Shown here: positions 9,201 to 18,462 of the stretch, one piece after another
Numbering within the stretch: the stretch's first letter is position 1
How the letters are laid out: every line of letters starts with the position of its first letter
Origin: Candidatus Binatia bacterium
Lineage (GTDB): Bacteria; Desulfobacterota; Binatia; Bin18
Assembly (NCBI GenBank): GCA_041487975.1
Contig: JBGPOI010000003.1
Location: 1-36,784, forward strand
Direction: 5' to 3'
DNA: 36,784 bases
Program-made: the position numbers and the translations under genes
The notes under the pieces: generated by a model
What the model saw: only the letters and a program-made list of their open reading frames with translations
Told to the model about the DNA's origin: nothing
Database searches by the model: none

Positions 9201-12200
9201 TTATATCCGGTGCAATACCGCTCTCTTCGCGGCAGTCCACAGTCTCCGGGTAAAGCTCTGGGGTCTCGCTTGGAGCATACGATGTCTCCGTTCTTCACAA
9301 GTTGCCGCAAGTTGACCGAGGGTTTGGATGACCAGTTCCCTGGGATTAATTCGCAAACCTAATTCTTTCTCGACTCGGTGAACGACTTTTAAGGATAACA
9401 GTGAATGTCCTCCGAGATCAAAAAAATTGTCGTAGACGCTAACGCGGTCCACGCCGAGGACCCGCGCCCACATACCTGCCAGCATCATCTCGGTCGGGGT
9501 ACGCGGTGCGACGAAGGCGGCTTCCGGCCCAGGATTGGTCTGGTCGGGCTTGGGCAGCGCTTGCAGATCCACTTTCCCACTGGCAGTAAGCGGCAACGTG
9601 GGCAAAAACACGAACGCGGAAGGGATCATGTATTGAGGGAGTTTCTCCCGCAGGAAGCCGCGCAGTTCGTTCACCGGCGCAGCAACGTCCGGTTCGGCGA
9701 CCACATACGCCACCAAACGCTTGTCATGAGGCTCATCCTCCCGAGCCATCACCACGGCCTCGCGTACAAGCGGGTGCTGCCGCACCACGGTCTCGACCTC
9801 TCCCAGTTCGACGCGAAAGCCACGAATCTTCACCTGCAGGTCGGTGCGACCGATAAACTGGATGTTCCCATCAGGAAGGTAGCGGGCCAGGTCACCCGTG
9901 CGATACAGCCGCCCTTGGCGAGCGTCGCCAAACTTATCGGACACGAAGCTTGCAGCCGTCAGTTCCGGGCGGTTGAGGTATCCGCGCGCCACACCAGGGC
10001 CCCCAATATACAACTCACCCGGCACACCGATCGGCACCGGGTTGTCGTACCCATCAAGCAGATAGATTCGGGTATTGGCGAGAGGCCGCCCGATCGGAAC
10101 CGAAGGAAGTGGACCATGAGCCGAGCTCTCGGCTTCATAAACGGTGGCAACACATGTCGCTTCCGACGGCCCATAGGCATTAAACCAGCGGATGCGGCTG
10201 CCCACTTTTCGCTGCCACTCCGCCAACAGGTCTGGTCGCACCTTATCCATACCGGTGATGAAGCAGCGGAGCGAAGACGGGACCAGCACATCACCGTCGG
10301 ACATGGACGTTACCCACTCATGCCAGTAGACGTTGGGCAACGAGGACATGGTAATTTCGTTTTCCTCTAAGAAGCGCAAGAACTCGGCGATCGAAGCAAA
10401 ATCTTGCTGGGGCCGCAAAACCAGCGTCGCTCCCGAGACGAGGGAGAGACAGATCTCGGAGATAAACACTTCCGAGCCCACGGACGCGAATTGCAGTCGC
10501 CGGTCGGCAGTAGAAATACCGAACTTTTCGATCATGGCTAGCGCATAGTTCACAAAAGACCGGTGGGTCACAAGAATGCCCTTCGGGTTGCCGGTTGAAC
10601 CCGACGTATAAACGGCGTAGGCCAGGTTTTCTGGCCCAACGGAACTCTCGGGGGCGCTGGCGCGTTCCAGGGACACCTCATTCCATACCGAGTCAATGGG
10701 GACCACCTCTACGCCAGACTTCTCCAGTCGATCCACGAACGCGCGTTTGGTGATGACAATCTGCGCCCCGGTATCTTGTAACACGTAGTGCAGGCGTTCG
10801 CTGGGAAAGTGCGGATCCAGGGAGACCAGGGCGCCGCCGGTTTTGAGAATGGCCATCATCGCAACCGCCACTTCCGGTGATCGGTCCATGCACACGGCGA
10901 CCAGCGCTTCAGGTCCGACACCTTTTTTTTGCAGCACGCGCGCCAACCGATTGGCTTGATCATTCACTTCTTGATAGGTAACTTTTAGCTCGCCATGCAC
11001 GAGTGCGATCTGCTCGGGGACTGTGGCTGCCTGTCTCTCGAAGAGGTGGTGGACACACTGGTCTTGCGGGTACTCACGCCGGGTGTCGTTCCACTCATAC
11101 AGCACCCGCTGTCGCTCGGCTTCCGTTAAGAGTGGGAGTGTTCCCAGCGGCTGATCGGGATCAGCGACGATACCCGCGAGTAAGACCTGGAAATGGCCCA
11201 GCATGCGCTGGATGGTCGCCGCCTCGAACAGGTCGGTATTGTATGACAATCTTCCCTGAAGCCCTTCTGCCCGCTCAACCAGGGAGAGAATTAAATCAAA
11301 CGGCGTCGTTTCACTTTCGACCTCCAGGGGGCTCGCCGTCAGGCCCGGCAGTTCCACAGCCGGCCCCGGCTCCTTCTCGAGAACGAACATCACCTGAAAC
11401 AGAGGATGCTGAGCGCGCTCCGGCCGCAATTCCTCCACCAACTTCTCGAACGGCAGGTACTGGTGAGCATACGCTGCCAGGGCCATGTCCCGCACCTGTC
11501 TCAGCAACTCGCGAAAACTCAGCTTCCCTGAAAGTTTGCTGCGGAGGACCAAGGTGTTGGCGAAAAATCCAATCAACCCCTCGAGTTCGACCCGGTTGCG
11601 ATTGGCGATGGGAGTCCCGACCAGAATGTCGTCCTGGCCGGTGTAGCGGTAGAGCAACGTCGTGAAGGCTGCCAGCAGCGTCATGAACAGGGTCGCGTCT
11701 TCTTGACGCCCCAAGGCGTGCAGTGACTCAGACAGGCTCTTGGGGAGTTCCAGCGACTGCCGCGCGCCCTGGAAGGTCTGAACGAGCGGTCGTGGTCGGT
11801 CAGTGGGAAGCTCCAGCGCGGGGGGCGCGCCGTCAAGCTGCCGTTTCCAGTAGGCAAGCTGCGTGAGCAAAAGTTCGCCTTGCAACCACTGCCGTTGCCA
11901 AACCGCGAAGTCCGCATACTGGAGAGGCAGTTCAGGCAACGGCGACGGCGCCCCCCTGGAGAAAGCGCTATAGAGAACCGACAATTCCTGCAGGAGGATT
12001 CCCCTCGACCAACCATCGTAGACAATGTGGTGGATCGTCAGCAATAGGACATGCTCCTCCGGGCCCAGCCGCCACAGTGTAGCCCGCACGAGTGGGCCTC
12101 GGCTTAAGTCGAACGGCCGCTGAACCTCCGCGGCGGCCAAGCGGTGAGCTGCGGTTTCCCGCTTGCTCTCCGGCTGATCCTGCAGGTCCACCACCGGCAC

Positions 12201-14318
12201 CGCCAAGGTCAGAGGGGAGACGATGACCTGGCTTGGTTCTCCCTCTCTGGCAGGAAAGATCGTCCGCAAAACTTCGTGGCGACGGAGGATCTCATTAAGA
12301 CTTTGCTCCAGCACGGGTACATTCAGTCGGCCGGTGAAGCGAAAAATTACCGGGCGGTTGTAAACCGACTCACCAGGCTCCCAGCGATTGAAGAACCATA
12401 GCCGCTGCTGGGCATAGGACAAAGGCAAGGTGCGGTCCCGAGGAACAGTCTCGATCGACGGCAACGGTGAGTACCGGACCGTCTGACGCAGGCTCTCGAT
12501 GCGTTTGGCTATCCCAGCCACAGTGGCCGTCGCAAAGAAGTCAAGGAAAGAGAGTTCCACCTGCAGGGCTTGGCGCACCCGGGAAAGAACCTGGGAAACC
12601 AGAATGGAATCTCCACCCAACCGGAAAAAGTGATCGTGAATGCCCACCGACTCAACGCCGAGAACCTCAGCCCAGATCGCGGCCAGTTACTCTTCGACCA
12701 GCGTCCGCGGCGCGGTGTACTGGGCGTTCCCATTCGCTTCGCCGGACGCCGTAAGGCCCAGCTTTTCGGCCAGCCCTAGGCGTTGCACCTTGCCGGTCGG
12801 GCCTTTGGGAATCTCCTCCACGATGAGCACCTGACGCGGCACCTTAAAATCGGCCAAGCGCGCGGCAGCAAACTCCTGAATGTCTCTGGCAGTAATGGAG
12901 GTCCGCTCGCGCAGCACAACGGCCGCGGCGACCTCCTCACCCAGCACATCATGCGGGATGGCAAAAGTGACCGCCTCAGCCACCGCCGGATGATTCATGA
13001 GCATCTCGTCGACTTCACGAGGTGAAATTTTTTCCCCGCCACGATTGATGATTTCTTTGAGGCGGCCGGTGAGGAACAGATAGCCCTCAGCATCCAGGTA
13101 GCCCTGATCACCCGTCCGGAACCAGCCGTTGATAAAGGCGTTTTCGTTAGCCGCGGGATTGTTCTCGTAACCCTGGGTGACGTTCGCTCCGCGGATCACA
13201 ACCTCTCCCAATTCACGCGGTGGCAACAAGCGGCCCGCCTCATCCATGATGGCCACCTCCAGTCCTACCGCAACACCAACCGAACCAACCTTCCGCTGAC
13301 GCGGCGGTAACGGATTGCTCACTATCTGGAGGGATGCCTCTGTCATGCCATAAGCCTCAATGACAGGAGCGTGAAACACACGTTCTAACTCCGCTATCGC
13401 CTGCGGCGGCAAGGCTCCCGCAGAAGAGCGAATCAAGCGCAGCGGACAGCGCGCAATGATCTTATGATGGGCAGCCGCCCGGGCCAGAATCGCTTGGTGC
13501 ATAGTGGGGACGGCTGTATACCAAGTGGGATGAAACTCGTTCAGCCAGGCAAAGAATTCACGCGCGTGAAAACCCGGCGTGCAGACCACACTAGCGCCGG
13601 CCAGCAGCGACGATAGCACTGTTCCTATGAGGCCCAGGCCGTGAAACAGGGGCATCACGTTCAGGCAGCGGTCACCCTCACCGAGTGCGAGAGTCACTCG
13701 AAGGTTATGAGCCGCCGCACAGATATTCGTGTGGGTCAGTGGGACAATTTTCGGCCGCGAGGTCGTGCCTGACGTGTGCAGCACGAACGCCACCTCGTTA
13801 GGTTGAGCGAACCCACCCTGTGCCGGAGACGCAGGATCCCCACCGGTCAACGTGAAGATACCGGCCTCGGCGTCTAACACCGGCGAGAGTTCGATGATCG
13901 AGAGGCCGCGCGCTTGGGCAACGGCCCTGGCCGGCGAGTCGAGTCCGGCTTGAATGAGCAGCGCTTTCGCCCGCAAATCCGACAGATAAAAGTCAAACTC
14001 GTCGGCGCGATAGGCGGGATTGAGCGGAGCCGCCGTAGCGCCGGCGGCAACGGCTAAAAAGGCGACCGCCATCTCGGGCCCATTGGGGAGTACCAGTGCC
14101 ACACGATCGTGGCGTCCCAGGCCTATAGTATTGAGCATCTTCACCGTATCGCTGACGTGAGCGTGCAGGCGCCCATACGTCAGGGCTCTGCGCTCAGGAG
14201 CCAGGCTGGCGAGCGCCTGAGGCGCTCGCCAGCCTGGGTTGCTAGCAAATGAAAGACGCTCAAGTCCTGTTTCATATCGTTCTCCCAGCAGACACGAGCA
14301 AAGGGGGGAACCGGTCAT
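9201..14318 (-). pseudogene. NRPS with A(acyl-CoA-ligase-like)-T-C-A-T architecture, interrupted by an in-frame TAA
   Basis: ORFs 12687..14318 and 9201..12647 share one frame, joined by [37 protein letters not shown] (TAA 12687-12689). A1 HTSGTTSRPK/FRTGDQG, T1 GGDS, C HHIVYDGWS, A2 YTSGSTGNPKG/NAYGPSE/LYRTGDL, T2 GGHS; no TE or R domain. Confidence 0.9.
14201..14237. repeat. perfect 17-bp inverted repeat with 3-nt spacer in the NRPS 5' end
   Basis: CCAGGCTGGCGAGCGCC-TGA-GGCGCTCGCCAGCCTGG. Confidence 0.9.
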
Positions 14319-15076
14319 CCGCGGTTGATTTGCCCAGCACGCCGAATTCTCCGTGGCACACTACGGGCCCAGATGTACCAGGGCAACCAGCGGGTCAACA
14401 TCGTCGCAAACAACCGATCGGTCCGCAGGTAATACGCGTCTACGCGTTCGAGAGCATACAGATCGCTACGGGTCGTAGTCAGACCGAGCTTGTCGGAAAC
14501 TGCACAGGCGAAGTGTTGCTGCACAAGTTCACGGCTCCGCCGGTCATAACGACCATAGGGGTAAGCAAAGCTGGCGACCGCCGCACTCAGAGCATCTTGG
14601 ATAATCGCCTGCGAATCACAGACTTCAGTTTCCACCTGCGCCAAGGGCAGGCGGGTCAGATCTGGATGTGTGAGCGTGTGCGCGCCAAAGTTGAGCCCCC
14701 AGCGGTGCATCTCCTGGATCTCGCGCCAGGCCAACATCGGCCGATCTTCCATCGCCGGCAGCCGGCTCTCTACACACACCTTCCGGTTTTGGCCGACGGT
14801 GAGAAAGACCGTCGCTGACCACCCGTAGTGCTGCAGGACAGGAAACGCCTCGGTGTAGACACTCTGATAGCCATCATCAAACGTCAGCACGAAAGCCCGA
14901 TCCGGAAACGGCTCCCCGTGACGTAAGCCGTCCGCAGCTTCCAGCAAGCTCAGCGCCCGATACCCGCTTTCCTCTAACCTGGCCAGGCCGCGTTGGAACA
15001 CACGCGGCGCGAACGAGATGGCGGATGATCGGTCATCGAGAGCATGGAATGTCAAGATGGGCAGAGAAACCGCCAT
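14315..15076 (-). CDS. polysaccharide deacetylase (CE4/NodB family)
   Basis: PILTFH, VLTFDDGY, ATVFL, GAHTLTHPDL and FAYPYG. Confidence 0.92.
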   Translation of the reverse strand: MAVSLPILTFHALDDRSSAISFAPRVFQRGLARLEESGYRALSLLEAADGLRHGEPFPDRAFVLTFDDGYQSVYTEAFPVLQHYGWSATVFLTVGQNRKVCVESRLPAMEDRPMLAWREIQEMHRWGLNFGAHTLTHPDLTRLPLAQVETEVCDSQAIIQDALSAAVASFAYPYGRYDRRSRELVQQHFACAVSDKLGLTTTRSDLYALERVDAYYLRTDRLFATMLTRWLPWYIWARSVPRRIRRAGQINRG

Positions 15077-15113
15077 GCTCAGCAACCCCCTCCTCTACTA
15101 CTGGCTCCCGTCA

Positions 15114-15560
15114 CTATAGTTCTTCACCAGTAAAGCATTCCCAGAATCGCAGTCCGCAACGACCACCTTCCACGACGAGAGCTGCTGAGTAGCCACTAGC
15201 GGCAGGCACCTGGTACAGAGACCAGATGGAGGCTGATTCTCGATCTCTTATTTCACGCAAAAGCGTCACCACCGTACCCGAAGCTAATGGCACCTCGAAC
15301 CGGTCTAAAGGAAATGACAATCCTTCTCCTCTCGCTTTTACATATGCTTCCTTCCTCGTCCAGCAATGAAAGAAGGCTTCTCGCTACCGCTCTGGCGGCA
15401 GGCCGCAGATTTCACCAGCCTCCCGCGACGAAAAAAAGCGCCTGGCAATCTCTTGAGGTGCGATGTTGCTGTTCAGGGTCTCTACGTCAATCCCCACTTC
15501 GCGCTTGTCGCTAATCGCATACAGAGCCAGGTCTGCCGAGTGCGACAGATTGAATCGCAG
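15114..15560 (-). pseudogene. Sfp-type 4'-phosphopantetheinyl transferase, 5'-truncated and with an internal TAG
   Basis: Hand translation gives LRFNLSHSADLALYAISDKREVGIDVE...IARRFFS...[36 protein letters not shown]. TAG at 15384-15386; no N-terminal half and no start codon in frame. Confidence 0.9.
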
Positions 15561-15617
15561 CGAAGAATCTCATGATCGCGAGGAAAGACGAGACCCTTCG
15601 TTATACTCAGGGTGACA
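15551..15617. repeat. partial palindromic REP/MITE-like element
   Basis: CGCAGCGAAGAATCTC...GAGACCCTTCGTTATACTCAGGGTGACA, with imperfect inverted arms. It resembles a widespread TGTCA..GAG..GCGAAG..TCTC dispersed repeat; the left end is missing. Confidence 0.55.
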
Positions 15618-15641
15618 AGAAGACGGTTTCGTTAGCGGCCT

Positions 15642-15863
15642 TTAGTGTCCGATCTCTTTCTGATGATTTTCGGCGTCAGCTTCTTCGGCTTGGTCAAGTA
15701 GATAGCCCAATTCGCGTAGGGCTTCGCTAATATGGTACGCCACGGCAAGCAGCGACCCATAGGCTTCTTCGTCGGTCTCGTGCAGTTTCAGATGGTCGTT
15801 GATCGTTCCCAAAAGTTCGCGCAGCTGCTCTTCGGCGTTACACAGGTGATCACATGAGGCCAT
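15642..15863 (-). CDS. small acidic helical hypothetical protein (73 aa)
   Basis: GGAGGA RBS before the ATG; MASCDHLCNAEEQLRELLGTINDHLKLHETDEEAYGSLLAVAYHISEALRELG..., protein-like composition. Confidence 0.7.
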   Translation of the reverse strand: MASCDHLCNAEEQLRELLGTINDHLKLHETDEEAYGSLLAVAYHISEALRELGYLLDQAEEADAENHQKEIGH

Positions 15864-16031
15864 GAGGTCCTCCGTTCCGCCAGGCACGGCTATTTTCTTG
15901 CCAGCATTGTAACCAACAATCCGGCAGCCGCCTAGAGGCCGGACGCTTGCGGAATGTGGCATGCGGATTGCGGATTCCGCCAGATTTGGGTATCCAGGAG
16001 CCGAGACTGCCGAGCGAAAGAGGGACAGGTC

Positions 16032-16817
16032 ATGCCGCAAGAGTACCGGACCATCTTAGTAGACAGGGCTGACGGAATCGTCACGATCACGTTGAACCGA
16101 CCGGACGCGCTCAACGCGCTGGACTTGGTGATGCGCGAGGAGCTGGCCGAGACGCTGTCTACCGTCCGCGACGATCCGGAGATCAAAGTGTTAGTGCTGA
16201 CAGGCGCGGGCCGGGCGTTTTGTGCCGGCGGCGATATCAAAAGCATGGGTGGATACACAGTCGTGACCGGACGGGCGCGCATAAAAAAGGCTCATCGCTG
16301 GCTCCTCGAATTAGTCAACCTGGAGAAGCCGACGATCGCCGCGGTCAACGGAGTCACCGCCGGTATCGGCTGCAACCTGGCGCTGGCTTGCGACATCATC
16401 TATGCTTCGGACCAGGCTCGTTTTTCGCAGGCATTCGTCAAGATCGGGCTGGTGCCCGATGGCGGCGGCATGTACTTCCTGCCACGCGCCGTGGGCTTGC
16501 AGCGGGCCAAGGAGTTGGTGTTTACCGGTGACTTCATCGCGGCCCAGGAAGCCGAGCGTATCGGCTTGGTCGCCCGGGTGATGCCGCATGCGGAACTTCA
16601 CCCGCGCGTGTCCGATCTCGCACGCCGCATCACCCGGAACGCGCCGGTCGCGGTGAGCTTGGCCAAGAGCGTACTCAACAAGTCGCTCAACGTCGATCTT
16701 CCTACCCTGCTGGAGATGGAGGCGTTGGCTGCAGCCTCTTGCATAGCCACGGCGGATCATGAAGAAGGAGTGCGCGCGTTCGTCGAGAAGCGCCGTGCGC
16801 GTTTCACCGGGAAATAG
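16032..16817 (+). CDS. enoyl-CoA hydratase/isomerase (crotonase) family protein
   Basis: TITLNRPDALNAL, LTGAGRAFCAGGD, KPTIAAVNG, LALACDI, IGLVPDGG and EGVRAFVEKR. Confidence 0.93.
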   Translation: MPQEYRTILVDRADGIVTITLNRPDALNALDLVMREELAETLSTVRDDPEIKVLVLTGAGRAFCAGGDIKSMGGYTVVTGRARIKKAHRWLLELVNLEKPTIAAVNGVTAGIGCNLALACDIIYASDQARFSQAFVKIGLVPDGGGMYFLPRAVGLQRAKELVFTGDFIAAQEAERIGLVARVMPHAELHPRVSDLARRITRNAPVAVSLAKSVLNKSLNVDLPTLLEMEALAAASCIATADHEEGVRAFVEKRRARFTGK

Positions 16818-16829
16818 TCGGAGGAGCCA

Positions 16830-17627
16830 GTGAAAAGTAAACTGTTAGTGATCTCCGCATTCTGCCTGTGCGTCAGTGTCCTGCCAGCCTGGGCTGTCGA
16901 TATCCAAGCCCTCTTCACCAAGGCGCAAGGATTTGAGAACGAGCAGCGTTGGAGCGAGGCATTTTCCACCTACAGCGAAATTTTGAAGTTTGCACCAAAC
17001 AACGCCCTGGCCCATTATCGTCTGGGCACAATCAGTGAAAAGTTGGGCGCCATCGACAACGCGGTCCGCTCCTATCAGGAAGCCTTGCGTCTCAATCCTG
17101 GCCAGAGCGAGGCCCGGCAGGCGTTGGAAGGATACTACGCCAACCAGGGCGTCATGCTCCGTCGCAATAACCAGTTAGACGAGGCGGTCGGCATGTTCCA
17201 GCAGGCTATCAGCCTCAACCCTTCATCCGCCAATGCACATTTTGAGTTGGGACAAACGTTTGAACAACGCGGGCAGGCCAGCGAAGCCATCTCCGAGTAC
17301 CAGGAGGCGGTCAAGATCGACGCGGACAAGAGTACGGCCCACGCGCGTTTGGCGGCGCTCTACGCCAAGCAGGGCCAGAACGAGCGCGCGGTACAGGAAT
17401 ACCAAGAGGTGCTCCGTCTCAACCCCCAAGATCCCGCCGCCCATCATGGTCTGGGGGTTGCCTACAATGCCCTCGGCCAGAAGGATCAGGCGATTGCTTC
17501 CTTGCAACAAGCTGTCCGCTTCTATTTGATCGCCGGCCAGCGCGACAAGGCTCAGCCTGCCTACGACTTGCAAAAGAAACTCATGGCCGAGAAAGCTCCT
17601 CCGCCACCGCCTGCGCGTAAGAAATAA
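16830..17627 (+). CDS. secreted tetratricopeptide repeat protein
   Basis: Signal peptide (..LPAWA) and several TPR units (AHYRLG..YQEALRLNP, AHFELG, AHHGLGVAY); GGAG RBS before the GTG. Confidence 0.88.
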   Translation: MKSKLLVISAFCLCVSVLPAWAVDIQALFTKAQGFENEQRWSEAFSTYSEILKFAPNNALAHYRLGTISEKLGAIDNAVRSYQEALRLNPGQSEARQALEGYYANQGVMLRRNNQLDEAVGMFQQAISLNPSSANAHFELGQTFEQRGQASEAISEYQEAVKIDADKSTAHARLAALYAKQGQNERAVQEYQEVLRLNPQDPAAHHGLGVAYNALGQKDQAIASLQQAVRFYLIAGQRDKAQPAYDLQKKLMAEKAPPPPPARKK

Positions 17628-17630
17628 GGG

Positions 17631-18443
17631 TCACCCCTGACCACCGGGTCCTTGATTTTCCCCTCTCTCAAGCAAAGGAAAGAGCGCGTGGCACAGCCGT
17701 GACAGGGTCTGGGCGGCGGCAGCGCGTGACCGCTTCAGGGTGAGAAGTGCGGGAAGGTGATGAGGATGAGTCACCACATGGGTCATGGCCTTAAAGGGCC
17801 GGACCTCGCCGTCAGGCGTCGTTAAGCCCTTCATAACCGGGAGTGCCATACCGACCGGATCAAGAATCACACGTAGTGCGAGAAAAGGGAGACCGCGAGT
17901 GCTGGCAAAGGAGGCATGCACGCCACTCTCCATTTCCACCGCGATCGCCCCGGTTACCTCGCCGTGCCGGGCTTTGTCCTCGGGAGTAAAGAGCACTTTC
18001 ACACTGGTAAACAATGGCCCTTCGGCAACCGGCACAGCCGCCTGGGAGGCCGCTGTGCGCGCGTGCACGAGCAAGCGGGGATCTATGGGAAAACGCTCGA
18101 GTCGTGCGCCTGCTGACAGCATCCGCACATCGGGCGCCAGAATGAGCTGACCAGTGGTCAGACCTGCAACTAACGCACCGGCACAGCCAACCGATAAGAC
18201 CGCCGCGAAGGGAACGTCGGTAAACCGTTCCATAGTCTGTCGGGTTCGGCGCGGACCGATACCGCCGGTGACAACGAGCACTTCCCGCTTTCCCGTAGAC
18301 CCACGCCAGACCCGGTCTCCCTCGCGCTTGACCTGGCGCAGTACGGCTCGCACTGCCGCACTCTCCCAGGCAAGGGCGGTAAACACGGCAATTGGCGCGG
18401 AGTCGAACTCGGGAACTCCTGGATCGTCGAAAACGTTGCTCAT
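17631..18443 (-). CDS. hpnG: nucleoside phosphorylase family protein, HpnG-like
   Basis: AVFTALAWE, TGGIG, LSVGCAGAL, AVEMES and LRVILD; located downstream of hpnA/hpnB. Confidence 0.7.
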   Translation of the reverse strand: MSNVFDDPGVPEFDSAPIAVFTALAWESAAVRAVLRQVKREGDRVWRGSTGKREVLVVTGGIGPRRTRQTMERFTDVPFAAVLSVGCAGALVAGLTTGQLILAPDVRMLSAGARLERFPIDPRLLVHARTAASQAAVPVAEGPLFTSVKVLFTPEDKARHGEVTGAIAVEMESGVHASFASTRGLPFLALRVILDPVGMALPVMKGLTTPDGEVRPFKAMTHVVTHPHHLPALLTLKRSRAAAAQTLSRLCHALFPLLERGENQGPGGQG

Positions 18444-18462
18444 CCTGTCTGCTCCTCTTTCC

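Noticed and set aside
9405-11665. Long plus-strand ORFs (9405..10370, 11003..11665) and similar shadow ORFs elsewhere
   Set aside because: They are antisense shadows of high-GC genes with no motifs or RBS.
12687-15386. Genome-wide stop-codon reassignment or pyrrolysine to explain the internal TAA and TAG
   Set aside because: TAA and TAG terminate conserved genes normally here (trxA TAA, mreB TAG), and the PPTase is also truncated.
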